Below are positions 12,925-24,655 of a stretch of 64,000 bases of DNA, in pieces. Source of the DNA: Dudresnaya verticillata (lineage: Eukaryota); assembly GCA_977862235.1 (NCBI GenBank), contig OZ374560.1, positions 2,232,001-2,296,000 on the forward strand, given 5' to 3'. The notes beneath the pieces are model-generated. The model saw nothing but the letters and a program-made list of their open reading frames with translations, had not been told where the DNA came from and searched no databases. The translations under genes were made by a program, and so were the position numbers. How positions within the stretch are numbered: the first letter of the stretch is position 1; each line of letters begins with the position of its first letter.

Positions 12925-13700
12925 CTTACCAGCTGCAGTGGAAGGTGGGGTATTACAGCTGCAAGACCCCAAAAGCCCACATGGACGTTCTGCAAGAGGG
13001 CGACGTGGCATGGCAAGTCCGATTGGAAAGGTGCGAGAGCCGCTGTGATGTCAGCGGGACAGAGCCGCAGCTGACGTGTTGAGGTGGCGCGGTCTGGCAG
13101 CACCGGCGCCGCGGAAGTGGAGCGTGCTAAACCCCTAAAGGACCCCCGGGTGCGGCGCGTGCTCTCGGCGACGGCGGCGGCGAACGGGTCGGCGCGCGGC
13201 GTCGCGCTTGCGGAGCGGGCGATTCCCCCGCCGCAGCGCCGGCTGCGGCACGAGGCGAGCGCGGCGCCGCGCCGGAGACGGGCGCCGGCGGGTGGTTGTC
13301 GACGGCACGTGCGAGGTGCTTTGGCGCGGCTTTGCGCGCGCGGCATGCCGCTGGATGTGCTACACGGGGCCTGGTGCTGCGGAGTGGGCGGCGAGGCTGG
13401 CGCGGGTGGTGGTGGATGGAGTGGAGGACGGGTCGTTTTGCGTGGGCAGGTGGAGGCACCGCGGGCGGTCCGTGTCGGTGATGTGGGCCGCGCTGCGCTG
13501 CGAGGATGGGAGGGGAAGGAGTGAAAGATCACTCCGCGAGTACACGGGCCGTGCAGGCACTCGCTGTGCAAAAGGGAGTTGACGCGGCGGCCGTACGTGT
13601 AATACCGCAGCCTGTCAGAGTCATCTCTCAAACCTGAGAAAATAGAGGGATGGTGTGGCTGCAGAGTCATCGGAAGGGCGCCGGTTTCGGAGCGACGCAC

Positions 13701-13893
13701 AAAGTGCTGGGGCAAGCCTAGGAAGTGTACGGATGGGTCTCTGGCCAGCCGAAAGAGGTGTTTCCTCGGAGAGTGCGAGCCCTGTACGCATTCGCTTGAA
13801 TGTACTTCTAAGAAATGTTGGAAGAAGAAGTGCGTTTTTGAGGGCAAGGCTTCAAAGGCCAAGTGCTTTCCGCACTTTTTCCATTATTATTAG
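13701..13893 (+). pseudogene. 3' fragment of a third cysteine-rich repeat gene
   Basis: Near-identical to 10694-10883 with no 5' part; downstream flank homology continues in patches to about 14325 (vs about 11298). Confidence 0.85.
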
Positions 13894-15061
13894 GTTTGCA
13901 GCTACGCACACTGGAAAGTATAAGAATTAGAATGTTAGTCCAGTGAGTTTGAAGAATAGTCCTCAGGAAGCTTCAATTTATAGTGCATTAAAGAGGAATA
14001 TTTGAGCTGACCTTGGGATCCATAGGCCACTAATGGAAAATGGAGTCTGTTACTGTTTGCAACACGCCTCAGATCGGCACCTAACCCATAAAAGTCTGAG
14101 TTCTCAAGCAAATATCAGTTCTACCCCGGATTCCCCTGGCACTTAGTACACGTCTTCGTGTTTTATACAAGGACTTGTTCATTTTGAACTACTACCATTA
14201 AGATGGGACTGTCACTTAGCAGTTTACCTCTTTTTGTCGACCATTGTAAATGTGCTAGGTGAGCAAACCAGTAGCTTTATCTTCTTTCTTGTTTGATTGA
14301 ATTATCGACAATGAATTACTGCATATTATCATTGTGTTAACAGTCACCGTAAGAATTACAATCTAATAGCTTGGACACCCCTACGGCTGACTAAGTTGCA
14401 ATTATCTCTATGATAAAGTTAATTCCCACTCTCCTGTCTTCGTCACCACACAGCGTTTTACTTTTCACGATGCAAACTAGTCGCTGTTAATTTGCTGTAA
14501 GGATACTCGGATCCCGGATTAAATAGTCTCGGAAGTTGTAGCATAAATGTTTCATTAACGACATGGGAAGTTTTCCGGCGTCAAGTTGCGCTGCAGAGCT
14601 GAAAAGAAGGAAAATTTTAAGACTGTTAGGCATGCCACAGTAGTTCTCTACCTTTATTCTTTATTCTTAAAGGTTTTTAAGAGAACAAAATAAAAATCGT
14701 GTTGATGACAATCCCTTACGAACAGATTGACAGGGACGGGAGCACAAACCAGGGTCTCATGCAAGACAAATAGGATATATAGAGCTCTCTGAAGCAGTAC
14801 AGGTACGATTAACAGTAGCTTCCTACATCTTACTCAGCCATCAACAGCGTAAACCGGTAGGGTTTCCAGTTGCTCGTCTTGTTTCCATAATGTCGTGATG
14901 ATGATGATAATGATGATGTGATGGTATAATTTTACTCAACCTATAATGATGATGATGTGGACGATGCCATGTATAGGACATATTTTGGCGCTGTAATGGC
15001 CATTGTCGCCCTGTGCACCGCTTGTCATAAAGCCCCTTAAAAGGCGTTTCGCTCTTGTTCT

Positions 15062-16091
15062 TCGCCGCCCTGATGCCCTCCGAAATCAACTTGCGGCTTT
15101 CTTTCGTAATACTGCCCGGCACCATGGCGTTACTGCTCAGCTTGAACGTAACTGTTCTTACCTAGAGGAGACTGGGGAGGGATCCCCGAGTTGTGGCGTC
15201 TTCTGCACTTACTGCGTACGAAAGGCGTCGCGATGCCCGTCAATTACAATGTGCTAATGACTGTTTGAAAGAAGAGAGACGTGACCATCTTCATGTAGAT
15301 CTCTACGTTCATGACCCTGCGTTTGCCCCCTCCCGCAAGCGTTTGATGTCTCTGTAGTGGTGAGCCCGCACCATCCAACTACGATTTCCAGTACGCCTCG
15401 CTCTCAACATTAGGCTATTTACCGTCGCGAGCAAGCGAAAGCCAGTCATTATCGTCGCTTATGTTCTACAAACCGGATAGACCTCCACCCTATGGTGATG
15501 GGCATCCATGTTGCCATTTGTTCTCGTTTCGATCGAGGCAATCAGCGTGTGGTGAATTTCCTAGCTACAATGAAGGGTACTTCGCCGAGAGCTGAGAATC
15601 TCTCTCTTGTAACCCACCTCACCTCTCTTGTAATTTAATCTGCCACGGTGGATGTCATCCTTAATAAAGAGGAGGGAAACACTGTGTGAGGAAGGAAGAT
15701 AAGAAACGAGAAGATAGAATAGTAGGATAAGAAAGTGTAATTGAATATGTTATGATAGTTCTTCTAGTTCTGATGCCTTAGACCAAGAGTGAATGAACAA
15801 TTGAGGGTTCTTATAGACTTGCTACTTCTCAGCTTGAGATAGTATTCCAGTAGTTCACAAAGTCTAGAAGACTATAGACTTCACTACAGGATTAGTGGAA
15901 GTCGGATATTTTAGCAATACTGCATTGATCTGATATTGCATGCATGTAATGCAATAACTCTAAACAAATATCCATCGAGGATTCAAGTTAGATATAACCG
16001 CCGTTCACTCTTCGACCATCGCCTTTCACATGAATTTTAGTTAGGCCCCCTTTAGGGGCTGTAGTCCTTCCTATGCATAAAGGTCTCCATC
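15062..16091 (+). mobile_element. Decayed 5'-truncated copy of family-1 RLE retrotransposon, interrupted by an AT-rich insert (about 15655-15995)
   Basis: Aligns by eye to 45602-46288, ending GCATAAAGGTCTCCATC. Confidence 0.88.
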
Positions 16092-17206
16092 ATTTCATTT
16101 CTCTTCAACGGAAGAAGCCTTTATGTCTCTCCGCTCTCTCCCAGGAGGCCAGAACATTGCACAAATGCACCAACGTATTTAAGCAGAACTCGTCATAAAC
16201 GAAGGTTTGGCAAGTAGCCAGCCTCGTTCAGAAGATGGGACGGTCCGCATGTACCATGGAGATTTCCATGCACAACCACGGCTACTTTTGAGGCGATTCC
16301 CAACCACGGAAAAGGTGACTGCCGTAGATAAAGAACTAAATCGCATAATACGTTTCTAAATAACAGTGGAGAAATAAATGTAGAAACGCCCTGTTCTCAC
16401 AGGGACGGAAGGGCCGGAAACAAAAACGCCGAGAAGCCTAGCGACGGGTGCAGGGGTCCATGTGTTTCTTGGGAAGGCGTTCTGAGAACGGAAGCTTGTG
16501 TTTTCGAGGTTGAGGCTTTTGTGCTCGTCACAGGATTGTCGACAAGCTCGACTGTACCTCACAAAGGCGGGGTAAACGAGGGCACTCTGGTCTTGAAGGT
16601 TTCGTCCCAACGAATCGGACTAGATGCTTTCAAGAGGGAAGGGTGCAGAGCCGTTTCCCGACGAGAAATTGGGAGTCAGAAAACGGCGCTTTCAGGACCA
16701 GTGGTCCAATCCACGTCGCACCTTCTAGAATCGCTCGAGAACAAAACCTCTTCTTCGTGCCACAAAATACATTTTTTCTGAAACTAATGCTGATAAAACG
16801 TCGAGAAGTAAAACTTCAACGACTACGTTGTTTCCAGAGCAGCCGGAACGGCATTTGTTTGAACATGGACATGGACGACTAGGACGAAGGAATGAATCGA
16901 CTAAAATGCATTTATTGCAAACCCTTATACAAACGAATGGTTTAAAAGTACCTGTACCAACGTTTTGCGTTAGAGCGATTGCTGCCATATTCAATGAAGA
17001 AAACAAACTATAGGTAGTCAAGACCAGGCCCATCTGAAATAGGGATATTCTTACGAATAAAACTCAGCTCGGCATCAGCCAACAATAACAGCAATAACAG
17101 TGCCGGCCTCTTCTGTCTGTGACGGTGCTGGAATATTTCAGGCATCTGCTGTTTAAAGAAGAAATAACCTCGTAAGCTTACCCGATGGGATCATCTCGCA
17201 AATGAA

Positions 17207-18661
17207 TCAAGATACAACCGAACTGCACGTCCGGCTAAGAGCACAGATCTTTCCGAAGGTACGACTGTACAATTCCTCGACCAGCGTGAAGTCTTGAATG
17301 ACCTCCTTGTTCTGTTCCACCTCCAAAGTCAAATCCTTGATAAGCACATTCAGATTACCCTGCAACGCATGACAAGTGCTGCAGTCACCAATATGGTATT
17401 GCAAAGGTTCCTGTTCTTCAGGCTCAAAAGGCGGGCTCTTGATCGTGGCGTCAATCTCAACTCCGACCTTGGCGCCGACGTTGCTGCCAATATTCCTCCC
17501 ACCAAGCGAAATTTCAACACCTAGTGCAGGACGAACGCCAGCAAAGCCGTTTACGTTAGCCTCCGGGTTAAAGCGGAGCCACCCCTTAGCGGTTGTTGCA
17601 CTCTGTGGAGCAACTCGTGTGCTTGAAACGCTTGGCGGAAATCCTGTCTCGGCACGGACCTTGCGACGAATCTCTTGTTGATATTGTGCCAGGCCGAGGA
17701 GAGATACCGACGCGCTTAGCTCCGCAGTCCAGTCCACGCGGAAATAAGCTCCAGCTGAGGCCTTGCCCACGAAAGGGATGCTAGGTGATTCGTAGCCCCA
17801 CCCAGGAACAGGAGCCTGGTAAAGTCTTCCACTTCTCGAAGTCGAAATAGATCCGGTGGCGGTGACGATGGCTGTAGCTTGCGCAACAAGGCTTTGTTCC
17901 CAAGTGAAAACAGGAATGATACTGCGCTCGAGCTTAAAGTTTGAGATGGTGGGCGTCAATCCACCAATTATGCGAATCGTGAACCCCGTTTCGATGGTCG
18001 TTTCGGCGTCAATATCTTCTTCCATTCTGACCGATGGCTTCCGAAGCATAAGCTGCCTCGCAGAATTGGCCTCGGTTTCATTGAAAATGTTGGAATCTCC
18101 TGGATGAGCATCGGGGCCTGTATCGTCTTGTTCTTGGGATACCAGAAGTTCAACCTCTGGAACAACGTCCTTTCCATTGATCCTCTCCACAAACAAAATC
18201 ACACGATCATCCGCAGAGCTCTTGGATTTCTTGATTTGGAAAAACAGAACATCATCTTCCTCTGGAATACCTTTCACGGACTTGGCTGGCCCGCACTTCT
18301 CCTCCCAGTCGGAGACATCAATAACGAATACAGCACCAACTTCATAATCGGTCGGGTCTAATTGAGCTCCTTTGAGATGGATTTTTTTCTCCGTGCATGA
18401 CTTCATGCGGATGTTGAACTTCTTCATGTCGTACCAAGTGACGATATCCATCAACTGCTTAGCGGACCATTTCAAACGCTTCATGGAGCCTCCATTGGTC
18501 CCAGATACTGACTTAACAACGCAGTCTCCTTGCAGCGTGACTTTTGCGTGGTGTGCATTGGGGCCACGTCGAAGACAATGGATAGCTTGCGTGCGTGAGA
18601 ATATACCAAATAGAAACAGGGGGATGAGGATAGCAGGACGAGAAAAATCACGAGTCGACAT
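17207..18661 (-). CDS. Secreted protein of unknown function (about 484 aa)
   Basis: Long ORF with ATG at 18661, signal peptide (AILIPLFLFGIFSRTQA), acidic linker, beta-strand-rich C-terminal half with CxxC; TATAAAA on the minus strand near 18827-18833. Confidence 0.8.
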   Translation of the reverse strand: MSTRDFSRPAILIPLFLFGIFSRTQAIHCLRRGPNAHHAKVTLQGDCVVKSVSGTNGGSMKRLKWSAKQLMDIVTWYDMKKFNIRMKSCTEKKIHLKGAQLDPTDYEVGAVFVIDVSDWEEKCGPAKSVKGIPEEDDVLFFQIKKSKSSADDRVILFVERINGKDVVPEVELLVSQEQDDTGPDAHPGDSNIFNETEANSARQLMLRKPSVRMEEDIDAETTIETGFTIRIIGGLTPTISNFKLERSIIPVFTWEQSLVAQATAIVTATGSISTSRSGRLYQAPVPGWGYESPSIPFVGKASAGAYFRVDWTAELSASVSLLGLAQYQQEIRRKVRAETGFPPSVSSTRVAPQSATTAKGWLRFNPEANVNGFAGVRPALGVEISLGGRNIGSNVGAKVGVEIDATIKSPPFEPEEQEPLQYHIGDCSTCHALQGNLNVLIKDLTLEVEQNKEVIQDFTLVEELYSRTFGKICALSRTCSSVVS

Positions 18662-21364
18662 CACGGCTCTGTTTCAAATGTGAGTAATTTCAAGGAAGGC
18701 AGTGGGAAACGAACTCGGGCCCACGTTGAAGAATGAGACTTGTTTTGGTAGACTTGTCTTCTTTTGGTAGACTTGTCTTGTTTTGTTCGTGGTGCCTGCA
18801 GAGGGATGGTGGCTATCGAGGATGCCTTTTATAGGCATCAGACGGTATGAGCAATTTGGTCAATAAGCCTCACTGTTTAAGGATAGAATAAATGTATTGC
18901 CGGGGAAAGCGGGTCCTCTATCAAGGGTCCACTACACCGATCCAAGGGTCAGATTTCCCTGCCTTGGTTCTCTTCCCTAGTAGTTTTCTTCACTTCTGTC
19001 TGATTTGACGGTTTGTATGGAACTATCATATCCGCTACTATTTCCAATCCTTGACAGCAGTGAATGCGGGGAAACTTTTGCAGGTATTCCTTGCTACAAC
19101 AAAAACAAAACGATTCTTTGATGGTGTGCCTACACAACATTGCTTTGCCTTTTTCCTGCAATAGATATATCGTATCCCAATTCTCGGAGAAAACCAAACA
19201 GAGGGTCCCAACTTGGGACTCTCAAATGGTTACAAGTTTTCCTTAAAGCTAGTTGCTGGATCCTCTTGGTACGCTTTACTGACTACTACTTGACGATACC
19301 CGAATGAATGTGTCATCGAAAATTTGCCTTCTGAATCATACGGTTAATGTATAAATAGAGGTTACCGCCTCGTAGGGTCGCACAATGCCAGAAGCACCAA
19401 GAGCTTCCGTAGTAGCCCATCTTTTTCTTCATAAGTCAGAAATTGTCCTTCTTGAAATCATACATGACCTTTAGTTGCAGCAAGAACAGATGCAATTATC
19501 AGCAGCAGCAATTAAAGGGTCAACAAGTTTACAGACTGCTATTAAGTTTTGAAAAGGCGAGAAAACATGAGACTACTCAACTCGACACCAGAAAGATTTG
19601 CAGAATATGCTACGTTACAATACAACAAAGACTCCATGTTTCAATGCTTTGCCTAGCTCTCATAAATCAAAACAAGGCAGGTCTGCAAGAAAAGTGTTTG
19701 ACTGGTTTGAAACAGCTGAGAGCGGGAGCTAGGGAACAAGTGACATATTTTTTTCTGTGTTCATTACTCTGGCACATCCGTCACCAAAATGGCCTACATG
19801 TTACAACACGATAGGCAGCGGACTCTGAGGCACGCACTAACAACTAAGTTGAGTAAACGTTATCATCAATCTCCTCCTCCGTGCTAAGGATAGCGTTTCA
19901 GAAACAGGTGCAACAATCAATACTCGAAGAAATTCTCTATGGTCGGCTGACCAAGCAAGGCCCTGTTTACAACAATGTGCTCGTAAACATTTATTGTACT
20001 GAGGTATACTACGAGCAATGTGATTCAAAGATGGTGAGCATTCTTACGGAACCTTACGTAAAACTTGTAATAAATAATGGATAGCGCGATATCGTATTCT
20101 ACATGTGTGTACGCGTGGCCTAGCATCAGATCTAGGTCGACTTGTTGGATATACATATCGCCTCAAGTGTCACAGCAAGGGTTGGAAAGGGTATGGCAAA
20201 GCAGATTCAGATCGTTGTTGCAAAGGATCTGTCAACAAGTCTCTCCTTGGATTCACCAGTAGCCTGACCAAAAAAGAAGTCGTTTGACCCTCAACACAAT
20301 CTGAGCGTTATGAGACAAAACTTTGGAGGAGGGGAAAGTTCTGGCGGCATGCGAGGGGGAAATGTTCCGGAAAGAGCATTAAGAACAATCTAAACAAGAA
20401 GGCAAGCAGGAAGCTTTCGACCTCACGCCGAACTTTTGGAAGCGTCTAGAAGCGTTGGACCGCACGTCGAGCCTCTCTTTCCATGCATGTTGGCATCAGC
20501 ACTTTGGAAGTGGCCCTTCCCCATCCATTCTGATTAGCCGTCCTCGAAACTTGCCAGTCAAGTATTGCTTCATCTACCAAAACGGCTTGACATGCTCTCC
20601 GTTCTTGTTTATTCATGCTTACAGAGTAGGTTCCTCTTGTCCAAGCGACTCTGGCGACTCGGGGCTCCAGGTGCCGAGTGATGGGGTCCTGGAAACTGGG
20701 TTGTACCGAATGGTGAAGTTGTATGTATGACGAATATGAGGCTGTGAACGTCCTTCGCAGACCAATTTTGACACGTACACCAATTACCGGATTTCCTGAT
20801 GAGAATCGAGTGTCGCGAGGCAAAACTGAGCATTTTAATCTGAACATGTCCGGAGACCGGACACATAGAGTGGACGATAAAAGACGATAATTTGTGCTCC
20901 AACATTACTCACGTTGAAGTTGCTACGCAACAGAATGTCAAATTCTGTGGCTCTGGAGTATCTTTCGAGAGATAGGAAACGGCTGCAGTTGAGAATAAGG
21001 GGATGCGTGCTTGCAGTAGTAGGAACGTGTGTCATCCGCGACATGATACTGATGCTGCAGTATCAGAACACCAGGTAGATGAAGGTACTCGTGGCCAACT
21101 TTCATATCCTATCACGTGCATGCTGAAACTTTACGAACTATGGGGGCAAGTGTGCCTACTGCTAAGAAAACGCAAGGCAAAAAGATGCAGTTTTCCCTCA
21201 TATGTCTACCTTGGCATCTCTACCGATTTTCTATCCAGTAAATATACACGAGTATTAGTATTGATAGAATGGCCCATCTCTACCGCGGCGAATCTATTCT
21301 AATAGAATACCAAATGGACCAAGAGCGTGAGGAATTCTATTGATACATTTACATGATACAATTA

Positions 21365-22743
21365 TAGCCGCCCTTTCAGTGCTCTCCCATATGCATCTTC
21401 TTCTACCCGAGTGCAACCCGAAATATGGCTCACCATGATAAACCTCAGACTGAGTGTCGCGATCCTCTGCGGTGATTGCCCATGCCCTGCTTGTTTGTCT
21501 CCATGGTACATCCGCTCAGGTTCCAATCCTTGGCATCCTTGGACACCATGCGACAATCTATCGATCTGGAAATGGCAGCATTCGCCGCCATACCCCCTCC
21601 GAAATCAACTTGCGGCTTTCTTTCGTGATACTGCTCAGAGCCATGGCGTTACTGCTCAGCTTGAAAGTAACTTTTCTTAACTAGAGGAGACTGGGGATTC
21701 CCGAATTGTGGCGTCTTCTGAATTCACTCCGTCAGAAAGGCGTCGCGATGCCCGCCAATTAAGCCGTGCTGAAGACTGTTTGAAAGAAGACCTACGTGAC
21801 CATCTTCGTATGTATCTCTATATTGATGACCCTGCGTTTGCCCCCTCCCGCAAGCATTTGATGTCTCTGTGGTGAGCCCGCACCATCCAACTACAATTTC
21901 CAGTACGCCTCGCTCTCAACATCAAGCTATTCACAACCGCGAGCAAGCGAAAGCCAATCATTACCGTCGCTTATGTTCTACGAACCGAATAGACCCGTCC
22001 TATGGGATGGACATCTATGGTGCCATTGGTTCTGGATGCGATCGAGGCGCTCAGCGCGTGGCGAATTTCTTAGCTACTATCAAGGGTATTTCGTCGATAG
22101 CTGTAGACTATAGCTGAGAAACTCTCTCTTCAAACCCTCGTCACGCGGCAAGAAATGCGAGACATGCTGCTACAGGAATGGCGTTAGGCGTTCACGGGTC
22201 GTGTCCCTGCCCCTGTGTAAATTCTCAACCGCTACGGACCAGCAATGGAACTCGCAGACCACCGAGACAGGAAACTGGCAATTCGCTGGCACCTGGGAAC
22301 GCTTCCCATGCTACCGAGCTCCCCGATCGCCCGTCAGAATGTTCGGTCTCTCGCCCAATCCATCCAGGCGCCTTCAACCGCAGATCCATGCGATGCTGAC
22401 CCACTAGCTGTCACCGATACCATCGCATCTACCCGGGAGGGCTGCAGACACGACTTCCCACTACCCAGACACAAACCCACGGCCCTCGCGTATCAGCTAC
22501 CCGCAAGTAAGATAACTCGCTCCCTCCGTTTGACCGTGTGCTTGCCTATAATCCATCGTCGCTTGCACAAGACCGCGTTAAACAAAAATTAAAATCAAAC
22601 ATCACCCAACCTCTCTTGTACTTCCGTCTGTCGCGGTGGCTGTTAAACGTCGTTCACTCTTCGACCGTCGCCTTTCACAAGAGTTTTAGATAGCCCCGCT
22701 TACGAGGCTGTAGTCTTTCATATGCATAAAGGTCTCCATCTCT
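21365..22743 (+). mobile_element. Decayed 5'-truncated copy of family-1 RLE retrotransposon containing a nested insertion
   Basis: 21365-22130 aligns to 45391-46145 and 22602-22743 aligns to 46146-46290. Confidence 0.9.
22137..22605 (+). mobile_element. Nested 3' end of an unrelated repeat/retroelement (family 4)
   Basis: The peptide VRSLAQSIQAPSTADPCDADPLAVTDTIASTREGCRHDFPL and the tail GTGTGCTTGCC..CCATCGTCGC..GCACAAGACC..TAAACAA..ATTAAAATCAA.CATCAC match 52290-52620. Confidence 0.7.
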
Positions 22744-23284
22744 GAATAAAGTGCATCTCTCTCTCAGATTCGTAGAGGTCTGCATGCTCATCAGATGACG
22801 TGAAGTCTTGTTTTGTGATTGCGGGGATGATATGAAGCCCCTACGGGGCTTAATGGGTCTTTCATTTTAGGCATAAAGTCTCACACACCGCTCTTCAGCG
22901 AGCTCGCTACAAAGAGGGATAAGTTCGGGGCTATGCTGGAGAAGAGGGACAAACCCATCACAACTCGTCGGCGTCCGCGGTGCCGAAGCAACTCACGAGG
23001 GGATCCCGCATCACCGCTAGCCTCCCTGGCTTGGCTTGTCGGTTCTGTCCCTAGCGGTGGTGTGATCTGCTGCTGCCGGTGGCAAACCCTACCTACTGTA
23101 CCTGATTGGTGACCCCCCGAGCGGTGTTCACAGCTGTAAAAGGCCGAGATGGAAGGGTCTCACCTTTGTCGAGGAGCATGAAAATCTGCGAGCGCCCCTA
23201 CGCGAGCGAGCACCCGCGAAGCATCACATAAGCAGACATCTCTGTACAAGTATGTAGACATTGTACGATAAATTATCGTCGCTA

Positions 23285-23389
23285 ATGCTCCACCGCCTCT
23301 TTGTAAAGAGCTTTACGGTAGCTCTGATTCCTAAGCCCCCTTCAGGGGGTTCTCTCTTGTTCTTCAATAAAGGTCTCTCTCTCTCTCTC
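23285..23389 (+). mobile_element. Retroelement 3' end (family 2) with (TC)n tail
   Basis: GCTCCACCGCCTCTTT..GGTAGCTCTGATTCCTAAGCCCCCTTCAGGGGGTTCTCTCTTGTTCTTCAATAAAGGTCTCTCTC; no clear TSD. Confidence 0.8.
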
Positions 23390-24655
23390 GACAATTTGTG
23401 TTAAGCTTCAGGCAACCTGAATTTGATGCAATACAGAAGCAGTGTTTCCAAACACGTTTGGTCGAATTGAGAGTAGGTAGACGAAGATGGATGATGTAGG
23501 AACTATATAGCTTTGCGCTCCGAAGGTGTTGGCAGACGATACGACACTTACGTGCTCACAGTGAATAAGATGCTAGTGATAGTATGTTTTATTTGTGTTG
23601 TTTATTGTGATCCTCCTTGGGCGATTTTGGCCAATGTACTGCTAGTGAACTCAAGGATACAACGGAATGCCCGGTTACCGGAACAAGAGTTAAGTACGAG
23701 GGGGTGGTGGGATAAATAGTAGAGACGGAATAAAGTTGCTGGATGCTATGAAAATCAGATGAGCAAGACTGGAAACTCTTGGTGCTAGCTATGAGGTGAC
23801 AACCAAACTGATGCAGATACCGAACACAAAACAAAGACACCAGGGCGAAAATGTTCTAGCGGACTCGATTGGGAACGTCCCATGATGCCACGAGGTGGCG
23901 AGTTTGCAATCCTGATAGTGATTCTCTCGTCCCTCTCGTTCTTCACCGCTTTTTCGTTAGTATCCATTATCGTCTTCTTTCTCCCCCGCCGTTGTTACGT
24001 CCACACTGTTGCCCAATGATATTGGTGTTTATTTCTAAGCGTTACACAGAGACGTTAGCTATGTTAATGATTATTATGTTCTGTAGCTTGAAGCCGCTTG
24101 TATTTGTAGCTTGTAGCTGTTCCGTTACACTAGTTTGAGCACTCGCCCTCCAGCACTTCTGCTGTGGCATACAAGGGAAGGCTGAGACGTGGAGAGAGGA
24201 GAAAAATGAGTGATCGACAACGACATCGAGAGCTTTCGCAACAACGCTGTGAATCAGTGCTCCTTCGTGAGTTAATACCAGAATAGTAGATAAATGTCCT
24301 TCTTTGTCTTCTTCTGGTGGTTTAGGCGCTTTGGGCACTGGTGGTTTAGGCGTTTTGGGTATGCGGGAATGTTTCATTTTGGGTATGATGTTTACCCATA
24401 TCCGGAGTGACCTTAATATAAATCACCATCACTCAAAACTAGGTACGATCCGCACCTAATAAATGTTGCTATCACTTCCTATCATTGCACTGACCGAGGC
24501 GAGATCAGCACAGCCATAACCTGTGCGGCACCAACATAACCAAAGAAACAATAGAGAACTGCACTTTGGCAGCTTGATTACTATTTTGCAGCAACAAACT
24601 TGAGATCCGAAATAGACGCTTGCATTACCTCGGTCACCTTGTAGCTGACAAATTC

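Noticed and set aside
12903..13862. 319-aa ORF and overlapping ORFs
   Set aside because: Composite of antisense Cys-gene fragment, GC-rich low-complexity sequence and a retroelement tail.
22770..23245. RNase P or telomerase RNA (AGAGGTCTGC / GCAGACATCTCT pairing; AAACCCTA)
   Set aside because: Matches are short and incomplete, and the interval contains a retroelement 3' end.
24042..24377. ORF with PKTPKPPVPKAPKPP 24-bp tandem repeat
   Set aside because: Short, with no other coding support; cannot be distinguished from chance.
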